From the NCBI GenBank assembly GCA_963725075.1, contig CAVRXA010000026.1, positions 46,288-110,287 on the forward strand: 64,000 nucleotides of DNA, given 5' to 3'. A program made the translations under genes and the position numbers. The notes beneath the pieces are model-generated. The model saw nothing but the letters and a program-made list of their open reading frames with translations, was not told where the DNA came from and did not search any database. The stretch is from an uncultured Acidobacteriota bacterium. GTDB lineage: Bacteria; Actinomycetota; Acidimicrobiia; Spongiisociales; ZC4RG35. Positions 46,493-55,385 of this stretch are shown here, piece by piece (position 1 is the first letter of the stretch; the number at the start of each line of letters is the position of its first letter).

Positions 46493-47423
46493 GCGCCACA
46501 CCGTCGGCGTGGTGGGCGCCCGCGGCCACACCGGCGCCGAGCTGGTCCGGCTGATCAGAGATCACCCCTCGCTCGAGCTCGTCTTCGCCGGGTCCCGCGA
46601 GCTCGCTGGTGAGCCGGTGCCCGGGATGGGCGGTGCCCTTTACGAGTCGATCGGCCCCGAGGACCTGGCCGGCCGCGATCTGGATGTAGTGATCCTGGCC
46701 CTTCCCGATGGCGCCGGCGACCCGTATGTGGACGTGATCGACGAAGGGACCGTCATCGTCGATGTCTCCGCCGATCACCGATTCGACGACACCTGGGCCT
46801 ACGGGCTACCTGAGCTGTTCCGGGAGAAGCTCAGCGGTGCCCAGCGCATTGCCAACCCCGGGTGTTACGCCACCGCCACTCAGATCGCTCTCGCTCCCCT
46901 GCTCGAGGCCATCTCCGGGGTTCCGGCCGTCTTCGGCGTCTCCGGGTACTCGGGTGCGGGAACCACACCCGGCCCACGCAACGACCCCGACCGCCTCCGG
47001 GACAACCTGATGCCGTACAAGCTGGTGGGCCACAACCACGAGCGGGAGACGGTCCACCATCTCGGGGTTCCGGTTCGGTTCATCCCCCACGTCCACCCGG
47101 CTTTCCGGGGCCTCCTCGTCACAGCCCACATCCCTTTGGGTTCGGCCATGAGCTCGAGCGAGATCGAGGCGCGTTACGAGGAACGGTACGGCGAGGAGCC
47201 ATTGATCGAGATCCGGGACACCATCCCGGAATTGAGAGATGGGGCAGATCACCAAGGTGTCATCGTCGGTGGTTTCGAGACCAGCGCCGATGGCCAGAAC
47301 GCGGTGGTGATCGCCGCCGAGGACAACCTGCTCAAGGGTGCTGCGGTGCAGGCGATCCAGAACGTAAATCTGGCGTTGGGGCTTGGTGAATTCGAGGGGC
47401 TGGCCTCAACGGGAGACCATTGA
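46485..47423 (+). CDS. argC: N-acetyl-gamma-glutamyl-phosphate reductase
   Basis: VGVVGARGHTGAELVRL, active-site ANPGCYATA and EDNLLKGAA. Confidence 0.9.
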   Translation: MSERHTVGVVGARGHTGAELVRLIRDHPSLELVFAGSRELAGEPVPGMGGALYESIGPEDLAGRDLDVVILALPDGAGDPYVDVIDEGTVIVDVSADHRFDDTWAYGLPELFREKLSGAQRIANPGCYATATQIALAPLLEAISGVPAVFGVSGYSGAGTTPGPRNDPDRLRDNLMPYKLVGHNHERETVHHLGVPVRFIPHVHPAFRGLLVTAHIPLGSAMSSSEIEARYEERYGEEPLIEIRDTIPELRDGADHQGVIVGGFETSADGQNAVVIAAEDNLLKGAAVQAIQNVNLALGLGEFEGLASTGDH

Positions 47424-47454
47424 CACCTACCAGCTGTTGCGGCAAGGTGGCACC

Positions 47455-47622
47455 GTGACCCCGGAGACGGCGTTCGCCACCAAAGACGACCTATATGCAG
47501 TGAGAGACGACCTGCGGTCGGAGATCCGTCACCTTTCGGATCGCATCGATCGGATGCAGCTCACCCTGATCGCCGGATTCCTATCCATGATCGTGGCCTT
47601 GTTGTTCAGTGGCGCCTTCTGA
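47455..47622 (+). CDS. tail-anchored coiled-coil mini-protein (DUF1640-like), paralogue 2
   Basis: ORF 47383..47622. Start chosen at GTG 47455, 4 nt after AGGTGG. ...FATKDDLYAVRDDLRSEIRHLSDRIDRMQLTLIAGFLSMIVALLFSGAF parallels 30115..30384. Confidence 0.4.
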   Translation: MTPETAFATKDDLYAVRDDLRSEIRHLSDRIDRMQLTLIAGFLSMIVALLFSGAF

Positions 47623-47634
47623 TCGCCCGCCACA

Positions 47635-47663
47635 TTGACTTCACCATCACCTGTGCATAACGT
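47635..47663 (+). promoter_or_regulatory. sigma-A-type promoter candidate TTGACT-N17-TAACGT
   Basis: -35 at 47635-40 and -10 at 47658-63, in a visibly lower-G+C 207-bp gap. This would give a leader of about 160 nt for the sulfurtransferase gene. Confidence 0.4.
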
Positions 47664-47829
47664 TCTGATGTGTCTCGTATGACGATGTGCGTGTGTCTCT
47701 GTGACAGCTCTCGGGTGGCATGCCCGAGCGTGACACCTCGTCAGCGCTCCTAACGACGCCACCGCCCGAGAGCAAAACCATCACGGCGTCGTTTCGATTC
47801 GCCGCATCCCATCAGGAGCCAAAGAGCAC

Positions 47830-48666
47830 ATGACTTATGCAAATCCCGACGCCCTCGTCACCACCGACTGGCTCAAAGCCAATCTGAGCGACCCGAACAT
47901 CCGGGTCATCGAGGTGGACGAGGACGCAACCGTCTACGACAAGGACCACATCCCGGGCGCCATCGCCTGGAGCTGGTCCGACGACCTCCACCACCCCACA
48001 CGGCGCGACTATCTCGATCAGGAGGGTTTCAGCCAGCTGTTGTCCGCGGCCGGAGTCGGTCCCGACACAACGGTGATCCTCTACGGCGGCAACAACAATT
48101 GGTTCGCCGCGTACGCCTATTGGCTGCTCAAGTACCGCGGCTTCGACAACGTGAAGCTGCTGGACGGGGGTCGCAAGAAGTGGCAGATCGACTCGTTGCC
48201 CCTCGAATCGGATCTGCCTGACCTCACACCTACCGGGTTCTCGATCACCGGCGCCGAGCGACCCGAGGTCCGCGCCTACCGGGACCGCGTGCTCGAGGTG
48301 CAGGGACACGCCACTCTCATCGATGTCCGCTCACCCGAGGAGTTCAGCGGAGAGAAGATCGCTCCTGACCACCTCCCCCAGGAGCAGCCCTACGTGGCAG
48401 GTCATGTGCCGGGGGCGAAGAATATCCCCTGGGGCAAGGCGGCCAATGAGGACGGCACTTTCAAGTCGGTAGAGGAGCTCAAGGAGCTCTACGAGGGCGC
48501 CGGAGTCAGCGGCGGCGAGATCATCGCCTACTGCCGCATCGGCGAGCGGTCGTCACACACCTGGTTCGTCCTGACCGAACTCCTCGGCCATGAGGACGTC
48601 AAGAACTACGACGGCTCCTGGACGGAGTACGGATCATTGGTCGACGTGCCGGTCGAGCGGGGCTGA
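47830..48666 (+). CDS. thiosulfate/3-mercaptopyruvate sulfurtransferase (tandem rhodanese)
   Basis: 278 aa, two rhodanese domains, catalytic loop YCRIGERSS. Confidence 0.9.
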   Translation: MTYANPDALVTTDWLKANLSDPNIRVIEVDEDATVYDKDHIPGAIAWSWSDDLHHPTRRDYLDQEGFSQLLSAAGVGPDTTVILYGGNNNWFAAYAYWLLKYRGFDNVKLLDGGRKKWQIDSLPLESDLPDLTPTGFSITGAERPEVRAYRDRVLEVQGHATLIDVRSPEEFSGEKIAPDHLPQEQPYVAGHVPGAKNIPWGKAANEDGTFKSVEELKELYEGAGVSGGEIIAYCRIGERSSHTWFVLTELLGHEDVKNYDGSWTEYGSLVDVPVERG

Positions 48667-48672
48667 CTTCGA

Positions 48673-49665
48673 TCAGGTGAGTGGGAACGGCGACTGAAGC
48701 CACCATGGCACCGGTGACGGCTCGATCCGGGTCACCCACTTCACCCACCAGAACCCACGTCTCGCCGGAGCCACGATCCGGGCCGGGAATCCGTGTCCCG
48801 GGCTCAGCGGCTCGCCGCCGAGACGTGTCACCAACCATGTGCTCTCCAGGTCGGCGATCGGGAACCTCCGGGCATACCCGGTCGCCGACCAGGCGACGAA
48901 GCTGCGGTTGCCCGCAGGATCGATCAATCGGTCGAGTCTGACCCCGCTCCATTCCTGCTCCGAGTACCACCCACCCGTGCAGTCGAGGATGGCTGGGAAG
49001 GTGTCCTGGGACATCGCCTCCAGCTGTGCAAGTGTCAGGTCCCGTCCTGCAACGACCGCCGACCACGCTTCGGCTTCGATCGTCGGCACGCTGTCATCGA
49101 GCCAGGAGGTGGTGGGCAGGCCTGCCGGGTCATGTGACCCTCTCTCGTGCATGCCAGTGAACCGACGCTCGCTCCCCGGTGCCTCCAGCGCCTGGAGAGT
49201 CCCCTCCCAGGCGAGCCAGATGCCTGCTGCGGCCGCCGACAGCGCCGACGTTCGCAGGAAAGCTCGCCGGTCGACATCGAAATGTCGCGGTGTCACCGGA
49301 TGACGCCGGAAATGGTCGATGGCGAGACCGAGTGCGAGGACGGCGCCTCCGACATGGATCTGCATGACAGTCAGCGGCCCGATGCGTGAGATCTCCCCGT
49401 GGGCGTGGAGCAAACCCGAGGCGAGTGTGATTAGAACCACTGTGAGGAGGATCAATGAGAAGACCCGGCCCGGCCGCTTCTTCTTGAGCCCTCGCCGCAC
49501 GATCGGGGTCTTCCACGGGGACAACAGCAGGATTGCCAGGGCAACCGCACCGTGAATGACGGCGGTGTCGAGTGGCCAGTCCACCCCGATTGCCTGACTG
49601 ACCAGACCGGAGACAACTGCAGTGACCAGCAGCACCGCCAGCGCCAGATTCGTCCTGCGACCCAC
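48673..49665 (-). CDS. molybdopterin-dependent (SUOX-fold) oxidoreductase with N-terminal 4-TM membrane anchor
   Basis: The N-terminal ~150 aa are polytopic. The catalytic part then reads LPTTSWLDD...AILDCTGGWYSEQEWSGVRL...GYARRF...LSPGHGFPARIVAP...GFWWVKWV. Confidence 0.75.
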   Translation of the reverse strand: MGRRTNLALAVLLVTAVVSGLVSQAIGVDWPLDTAVIHGAVALAILLLSPWKTPIVRRGLKKKRPGRVFSLILLTVVLITLASGLLHAHGEISRIGPLTVMQIHVGGAVLALGLAIDHFRRHPVTPRHFDVDRRAFLRTSALSAAAAGIWLAWEGTLQALEAPGSERRFTGMHERGSHDPAGLPTTSWLDDSVPTIEAEAWSAVVAGRDLTLAQLEAMSQDTFPAILDCTGGWYSEQEWSGVRLDRLIDPAGNRSFVAWSATGYARRFPIADLESTWLVTRLGGEPLSPGHGFPARIVAPARRGFWWVKWVTRIEPSPVPWWLQSPFPLT

Positions 49666-49691
49666 GACCCTCCTCGGTTGTGACTGCCTCC

Positions 49692-49720
49692 GTTATAACA
49701 CTTGTTATACTGCGCGTTAT
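49692..49720. promoter_or_regulatory. AT-rich operator/promoter region: palindrome GTTATAAC plus GTTATA and GTTAT repeats, TATACT -10-like hexamer
   Basis: GTTATAAC at 49692-99, GTTATA at 49704-09, GTTAT at 49716-20 and TATACT at 49706-11. All lie in the 60-bp gap between the divergent TetR and Mo-oxidoreductase genes. Confidence 0.45.
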
Positions 49721-49725
49721 TGGAA

Positions 49726-50361
49726 ATGGCAACCCAGACACGTGAACGTGACACCGTCCGGACCGAGCTGATCGAAGCGGCGATCCGTCTCCTCGCCGAT
49801 CAGGGCACCGAGGCTCTGGTCCTGCGCAGGGTCGCCTCTGCGGCACACGTCTCCACCATGTGCGTCTATTCACGATTCGGCGACAAGGTGGGGCTGATCA
49901 ACGCGGTCTACACCGCCGGCTTCGAGCGCCTGACCCTCGCCATGGCGACCGTCGAGCACCGTCGGGACCCGCTACGACGGATCATGGAGCTCGGACTCGC
50001 CTATCGCCGGTTCGCGGTGGCAAACCCCGCTCTGTATTCGCTGATGTTCGAACGCGTGGTCGGCTTCGATCCTCCGTCGCAGCTCCGATCCGAAGTTCTG
50101 GAGTCGACCTTCTCCATGGTGTTCGATGCCGTGCGACAGGCCATGGAGAAGGGGACGATCGAGGCCGAGAGCCCTCTAGTCGCGGCATACACACTTTGGA
50201 CAGCGGCGCACGGTGCCGTGAGCCTGGAACTCACGCATGCAACACAGCGCCCACTCTCGGGCTGGCTGTTCGAGTCCCGTGACGCCGGAGAGGACATCTT
50301 CCGGCAGGCGATTCTGACCACCCTCCGCGGCCTGGCCCCAACCGGGCCTACCGCCGCCTGA
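49726..50361 (+). CDS. TetR-family transcriptional regulator
   Basis: HTH region ELIEAAIRLLADQGTEALVLRRVASAAHVSTMCVYSRFGDKVGL. ATG at 49726; the ORF-track TTG is at 49702. Confidence 0.85.
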   Translation: MATQTRERDTVRTELIEAAIRLLADQGTEALVLRRVASAAHVSTMCVYSRFGDKVGLINAVYTAGFERLTLAMATVEHRRDPLRRIMELGLAYRRFAVANPALYSLMFERVVGFDPPSQLRSEVLESTFSMVFDAVRQAMEKGTIEAESPLVAAYTLWTAAHGAVSLELTHATQRPLSGWLFESRDAGEDIFRQAILTTLRGLAPTGPTAA

Positions 50362-50386
50362 AGACTTCCCGATAACGTCCCGGCCA

Positions 50387-51691
50387 ATGGCATTCACCGC
50401 AGTTGAGCTGATCGAGGCCAAGAGGGACGGCCGGGAACTGAGCCCGGAGGCCATCGAGTGGCTGATCGAGAGATATACAGACGGCGGCGTCCCGGATTAT
50501 CAGATGGCGGCAATGGCGATGGCCATCTACCTCAACGGCATGAGCGCCGCCGAGCTCGCGGCGTGGACGACCGCGATGCTCCACTCCGGAGAGGTCTTCG
50601 ACTTGAGAGACATCGGCGCGGCGAAGGTCGACAAACACTCGACCGGCGGCGTCGGGGACAAGATCTCCATCCCCCTCGCTCCCCTGGTGGCGTCGGTGGG
50701 AGTCGTGGTGCCGATGATGTCGGGACGCGGCCTGGGGCATACAGGAGGGACGCTCGACAAGCTGGAGACGATCCCAGGGTTCACCACCGGGCTCGATCCC
50801 GACCGTTTCCGGGAGGTGCTCTCGATTCACGGGATGGTGTTTGCCGGGCAGACGGAAACCCTGGTCCCGGCCGACCGGAAGCTCTACGCCCTCCGCGACG
50901 CCACCGCCACGGTGCCTTCGCTGCCCCTGATCTCCTCTTCGATTATGTCGAAGAAGCTGGCCGAAGGACTGGACGGCCTGGTCCTAGACGTCAAGACCGG
51001 CTCCGGCGCCTTCATGAAGGACCTCGAAGGATCTCGTTTGCTGGCCCGCACCATGGTCGACATCGGCTCCAGACACGGAGTGCGGACGATCGCCCTGATC
51101 ACCGGGATGGACCAGCCGCTGGGGCGAGAGGTGGGGAACGCCAACGAGATGACTGAATCGATCGAGGTGCTCCGCGGGCATGGCCCGGCAGACGTCCTCG
51201 AGCTGACCATGGCCTTGGGCGAGGTCATGATGGAACTGGCCGGCATAGACGGGGGGCGGGCCGCCCTCGAGGATGCCATCGATTCGGGGAAGGCAATGCA
51301 GAAGCTCGTCGATGTCACCGCGGCCCAGGGTGGGGATCTCTCTTTCATCGAAGACCCGGGGCTGTTTCCGAAGTGCTCGAAAGAGGCAGTTGTCACCGCC
51401 CCCACCACAGGCTTCGTCACCCGATGCGATGCCCTGACGATCGGAGTGGTCGCCACCAGGCTCGGGGCCGGGAGGGAGCACCAGGAGGACACGATCGACC
51501 CCGGAGTCGGCATCACCCTCGACGCCAAAGTCGGCGACCGCGTCGAAGCGGGCCAACCACTGGCCCGGGTCGCCTACAACGACGCCGCCCGCTGGCAGGC
51601 CCAGGAGAAAGCCCTCACGTCAGCCTGGACGATCTCGGACACCCCGCCCGAGCCCCAGAATCTGGTCATCGAGCGGATCGAGGCCTCGTAA
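50387..51691 (+). CDS. deoA: thymidine (pyrimidine-nucleoside) phosphorylase
   Basis: DYQMAAMAMAIYLNGM, DKHSTGGVGDK, SGRGLGHTGGTLDKLE and SIMSKK. Confidence 0.9.
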   Translation: MAFTAVELIEAKRDGRELSPEAIEWLIERYTDGGVPDYQMAAMAMAIYLNGMSAAELAAWTTAMLHSGEVFDLRDIGAAKVDKHSTGGVGDKISIPLAPLVASVGVVVPMMSGRGLGHTGGTLDKLETIPGFTTGLDPDRFREVLSIHGMVFAGQTETLVPADRKLYALRDATATVPSLPLISSSIMSKKLAEGLDGLVLDVKTGSGAFMKDLEGSRLLARTMVDIGSRHGVRTIALITGMDQPLGREVGNANEMTESIEVLRGHGPADVLELTMALGEVMMELAGIDGGRAALEDAIDSGKAMQKLVDVTAAQGGDLSFIEDPGLFPKCSKEAVVTAPTTGFVTRCDALTIGVVATRLGAGREHQEDTIDPGVGITLDAKVGDRVEAGQPLARVAYNDAARWQAQEKALTSAWTISDTPPEPQNLVIERIEAS

Positions 51692-51808
51692 TTGGGACCA
51701 GCGCGTGTCACATATGGCACTGTCGCTCCCAATTAGCCGAGTGAAGAGTGCTCGTTACCATCGCCCGGCACTTGACCACCAAGGAGTGGAAGCGATGAAG
51801 GTCCGCGG

Positions 51809-52567
51809 ATGAATGTCATTGTCTGCGTCAAGCAGATCCCCGACCCCGCCACCCCCTATCGTCTCGAAGAGGGAAGCAACTGGTTGATTCGCCCCGAGGA
51901 GCAGATCCTCGACGACACCGACCGCTACGGGGTGGAGATGGGTTTGCAGATCGCCCAGGCCACCGAGGGGACCGTCACCGTCGTGAGCATGGGACCGTCC
52001 GGGACCGGTCAAGGGATACGGCAGGCCCTGGCGATGGGAGCGGATGAGGCGATCCTCATCGAGGACGGCTCCCTGAGAGGATCGGACGCCCTGACCACGG
52101 CCCGGGTGTTGGCAGCTGCGATCGGTCGGCATGACTTCGACCTGGTGATCGCTGGAACCGAGTCGACGGACGGCTACTCCGGTGTCGTGCCCCAGATGCT
52201 GGCCGAGATCCTCGGAGTGCCGGCACTCACTTACGCCACCCAGGTGGAGACCGGAGACGGCTCTGTCACGATCCACCGCCAGACCGTGGCCGGATACGAC
52301 ATCGTGACCTCGGATCTCCCCGCCGTGGTGTCGGTGACGGCCGGCGTGGTCGAGCCCCGCTACCCCACCTTCAAGGGGATCATGGACGCCAAGAAGAAGC
52401 CGATCGAGACACTCTCGATGGGAGATCTCGGGGCGGAGCGCGCCCCGGAGCAGCTCGTCCTCTCCATCGTCGACGCCCCGGAGCGAACGGGCGGGCGAAA
52501 GATCGAAGACGATGGCGAAGCGCATCAAGCGATCGTCTCCCTCCTCGCCGAGAGGAAGGTGATCTGA
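51809..52567 (+). CDS. etfB: electron transfer flavoprotein beta subunit
   Basis: MNVIVCVKQIPD...; 252 aa, immediately followed by etfA. Confidence 0.9.
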   Translation: MNVIVCVKQIPDPATPYRLEEGSNWLIRPEEQILDDTDRYGVEMGLQIAQATEGTVTVVSMGPSGTGQGIRQALAMGADEAILIEDGSLRGSDALTTARVLAAAIGRHDFDLVIAGTESTDGYSGVVPQMLAEILGVPALTYATQVETGDGSVTIHRQTVAGYDIVTSDLPAVVSVTAGVVEPRYPTFKGIMDAKKKPIETLSMGDLGAERAPEQLVLSIVDAPERTGGRKIEDDGEAHQAIVSLLAERKVI

Positions 52568-53515
52568 GTGACCTCGGTATGGGTGTTCATCGAGCAGGAA
52601 GGCGAGAAGCCGACGGCGTTGGGACTGGAGCTGCTGGCGAAAGGTCGGGAGCTCGGTGACGTCACCGCGATCTTCCTCGGCCCCGGTTCGGACGCAATCT
52701 TCTCGACCCTCGGCGAGCACGGAGCGAAGACAGTCCTTCATTTGGACGCCGGCGATCGACTGCCCTCGGCTCCTGTGGCAGCCGCCTTGGCGGAACGAGT
52801 TGAAGCCGACTCCCCGGCACTGATCCTCCTCGGTCAGGCCTACAACGATCGCGATATCGCCGGGCGTCTCGCCGCAAGACTCGGGGTGGGCATCCTCTCC
52901 AACGCCAGCAACGTCCGACTGAACGGTGGCGGGGTCGAAACCGACCACGAGATCCTCGGCGGGACCCAGACCGCCACAGCCAGCGCCTCCCAGGGCCCAT
53001 ATATCGTGCTGGCCCGACCGAAGTCGTTTGTCGCGGAGGCGGTCGGGGGCGGATCCCCTGAGCTGGAGAAGCTCGATCTACCCGAGGCGGGAGCTGCGGA
53101 CGCCAAGATCGTCGAGTCCCACGTCGAGGAGAGGGAGGGCCCCCAGCTCGGAGACGCATCGATCATTGTCTCCGGAGGACGGGGTCTCGGATCGCCGGAG
53201 GCCTATGAGCTGGTGGAGAAGCTGGGCAAGCAGCTCAAGGCAGCGACGGGAGCAACCCGTGCCATCGTCGACGCCGGATGGGTCCCCTACGCCAAACAGG
53301 TGGGCCAGACCGGGAAGACCGTCAAGCCCGACGTCTACATCGCCTGCGGGATCTCAGGCGCAATGCAGCATCTGGTGGGAATGAAGGACTCGAAGACCAT
53401 CATCGCCATCAACAAGGATGCCGATGCGCCGATCTTCTCGATCGCCGACCTCGGTGTCGTCGGCGACGTGCACAAGGTCCTCCCCAAGCTGATCGAGGCG
53501 TTGGAGAGCCGGTAG
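52568..53515 (+). CDS. etfA: electron transfer flavoprotein alpha subunit
   Basis: FAD-binding C-terminus: SGGRGLG...[11 protein letters not shown]...[25 protein letters not shown]. Confidence 0.9.
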   Translation: MTSVWVFIEQEGEKPTALGLELLAKGRELGDVTAIFLGPGSDAIFSTLGEHGAKTVLHLDAGDRLPSAPVAAALAERVEADSPALILLGQAYNDRDIAGRLAARLGVGILSNASNVRLNGGGVETDHEILGGTQTATASASQGPYIVLARPKSFVAEAVGGGSPELEKLDLPEAGAADAKIVESHVEEREGPQLGDASIIVSGGRGLGSPEAYELVEKLGKQLKAATGATRAIVDAGWVPYAKQVGQTGKTVKPDVYIACGISGAMQHLVGMKDSKTIIAINKDADAPIFSIADLGVVGDVHKVLPKLIEALESR

Positions 53516-53627
53516 TCGCCCCGGCCGGTCGTGTCGCTACAGCGGCAGCCAATTCTCCGGATGAAATCTCGCGAATTCGCTGACGAACCTCTTGTTTTTG
53601 TCTCACCTCGAACGTATGTTCGGGGGT

Positions 53628-54706
53628 ATGGAGCGAACCTTGCTCTCGACCGATCAGCTAGAGCAGCGAATGCTGGCACGCCGGGCGAAAATGAGCCGAC
53701 TCGCCGCCGAGGAGTTGCTCGACCTCGAAGAAATGGATTATCGGCAAGTGGCGACGGCTGACGGTTGCCGGTCGCTGTCGGAGTGGACGACTGCCCGGTT
53801 GGACATCCATCCCGATACTGCGAAATCTCTGGTGAGGACCATGCGTCGCACCGTGGAACGTCCTGATCTGCGGGACGCATTGGCCACAGGTGAGGTCTCT
53901 TTCGACCGTCTGGAGGCGCTCTCCCGGATCCCCGAACGAGGTGGGTCTTCTCCGAACACTTGGATGTGGCCGGGGTCCGCCGGGAAGCAGCCAATCGAAT
54001 CCGGATCAGCGCCGAAGACGAATACCGGACCGCTTCTGACCAGTTCCTGGTGATGCAACCTTCACTGGACGAATCATGGTGGAAAGGCTGGTTCGGAATG
54101 GACGGAGCCACAGGGGCTCTCGTCAACAAGACCCTCTCCGAAAAGGCTGATGATCTACCGCTTCTCCCCGACGGGACCCGCGGCGACAGCTCATGGCGCA
54201 AAGCGATGGCCCTGGCCGAACTATGTGTCAGCGACGATCCGCCACCAGCACAGCTCACCGTATTCGTCGACACCACCCACGCCACCCCATCGGATGGGCA
54301 GTCTGGTGTCGTGTTGGAAGCCGGACCCAGGATCGGCCGGGACGCCCTGGAAGCAATCCTCTGCGATGCGGTCACCGAAGTGACCGCCCGAGCCGAAGAC
54401 GGCACCCCAATGGTCTACGGGCGGAAAACCAGGACCATCCCACCCGCCCTACGACGGGCCATCATCCACCGAGACGGAAACACCTGCACCGGCGACGGCT
54501 GTCCCAGCACCCACCGACTCCAAATCCACCACATCATCCCCTGGTCAGAGGGCGGAAGCACCGACCCCGAAAACCTGATCACCCTCTGCTGGTACCACCA
54601 TCAGATCGTCGTACACCAAACAGGCTTCCAGCCCTACCGCCACCCCGAACACAGGCGGATCCGATTCCGCCGGACTGGCCGGGCCCCGCCCGACCTCGTT
54701 GTTTGA
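53628..54706 (+). mobile_element. DUF222 plus HNH endonuclease (13E12-repeat-like) gene, frame broken near 53940
   Basis: 53592..54053 gives the DUF222 N-part. 53960..54706 gives the remainder, with HNH motif RDGNTCTGDGCPSTHRLQIHHIIPWSEGGSTDPENLITLCWYHH. I saw no flanking repeats. Confidence 0.7.
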
Positions 54707-54735
54707 TCAAGCCCCGCGGCGGGTAGCACCAGGAG

Positions 54736-55359
54736 ATGCAGCGGGACACGGTCCGAATCGAGAAACTCGACCATGGTGGGATCGATCAAGCCGCCGATCT
54801 CCTCGCCCGCAGCTTCGAGACCACGCCCGACTACACCCACATGTTTCCCGACCCCCACACGCGGCGTGATGCGCTGCGTGGGTTCATGCGCGCCCCGCTG
54901 CGAGACAGCCAGGCGGAAGGAAACTGCTGGGTTGCGACCAATGGGACCGCCATGCTCGGGGTCGCCGCCTGGCAGGCGCCGAGTCGGTACCCGTGGTCGT
55001 TGGGCCGCAACCTGCGCGCCCTGCCCGCAATCATGTCCGTGTTGCGCCATGCCCCCGGGTCGTTCCGTGATCTCCTGAAGTTCGGCTCGACCATCGATTC
55101 GCATTTTCCCGACACACCGCTCTGGTATCTCCAGGTGATCGGGGTCGACCCCGAGACTCAAGGTCTCGGCGTAGGAACTGCCCTTCTCGAGCCAGCGCTC
55201 GGCCTGGCCGACAGAGATCAGGTCCCGTGCTACTTGGAGACATCGAACGAGAAGGCGGTCCCGTTCTATCTTCGGGCCGGTTTTCGGATCGATCGGCAAG
55301 GTGTCGAATTGATGCCCGGCGGGCCCACCTACTGGTTGATGACCCGCCCACCGTCGTAG
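54736..55359 (+). CDS. GNAT-family N-acetyltransferase
   Basis: WYLQVIGVDPETQGLGVGTALLE...VPFYLRAGF, the acetyl-CoA binding motif A. Confidence 0.8.
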   Translation: MQRDTVRIEKLDHGGIDQAADLLARSFETTPDYTHMFPDPHTRRDALRGFMRAPLRDSQAEGNCWVATNGTAMLGVAAWQAPSRYPWSLGRNLRALPAIMSVLRHAPGSFRDLLKFGSTIDSHFPDTPLWYLQVIGVDPETQGLGVGTALLEPALGLADRDQVPCYLETSNEKAVPFYLRAGFRIDRQGVELMPGGPTYWLMTRPPS

Positions 55360-55385
55360 CATTCCCGTAACCGGCAAGGAGTGCC

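Noticed and set aside
51690-51734. 8-bp inverted repeat AATTGGGA...TCCCAATT overlapping the deoA stop as a terminator
   Set aside because: The arms are separated by 29 nt with only partial inner pairing, and no T tract follows. It may be a binding site, but the evidence is too thin to call a feature.
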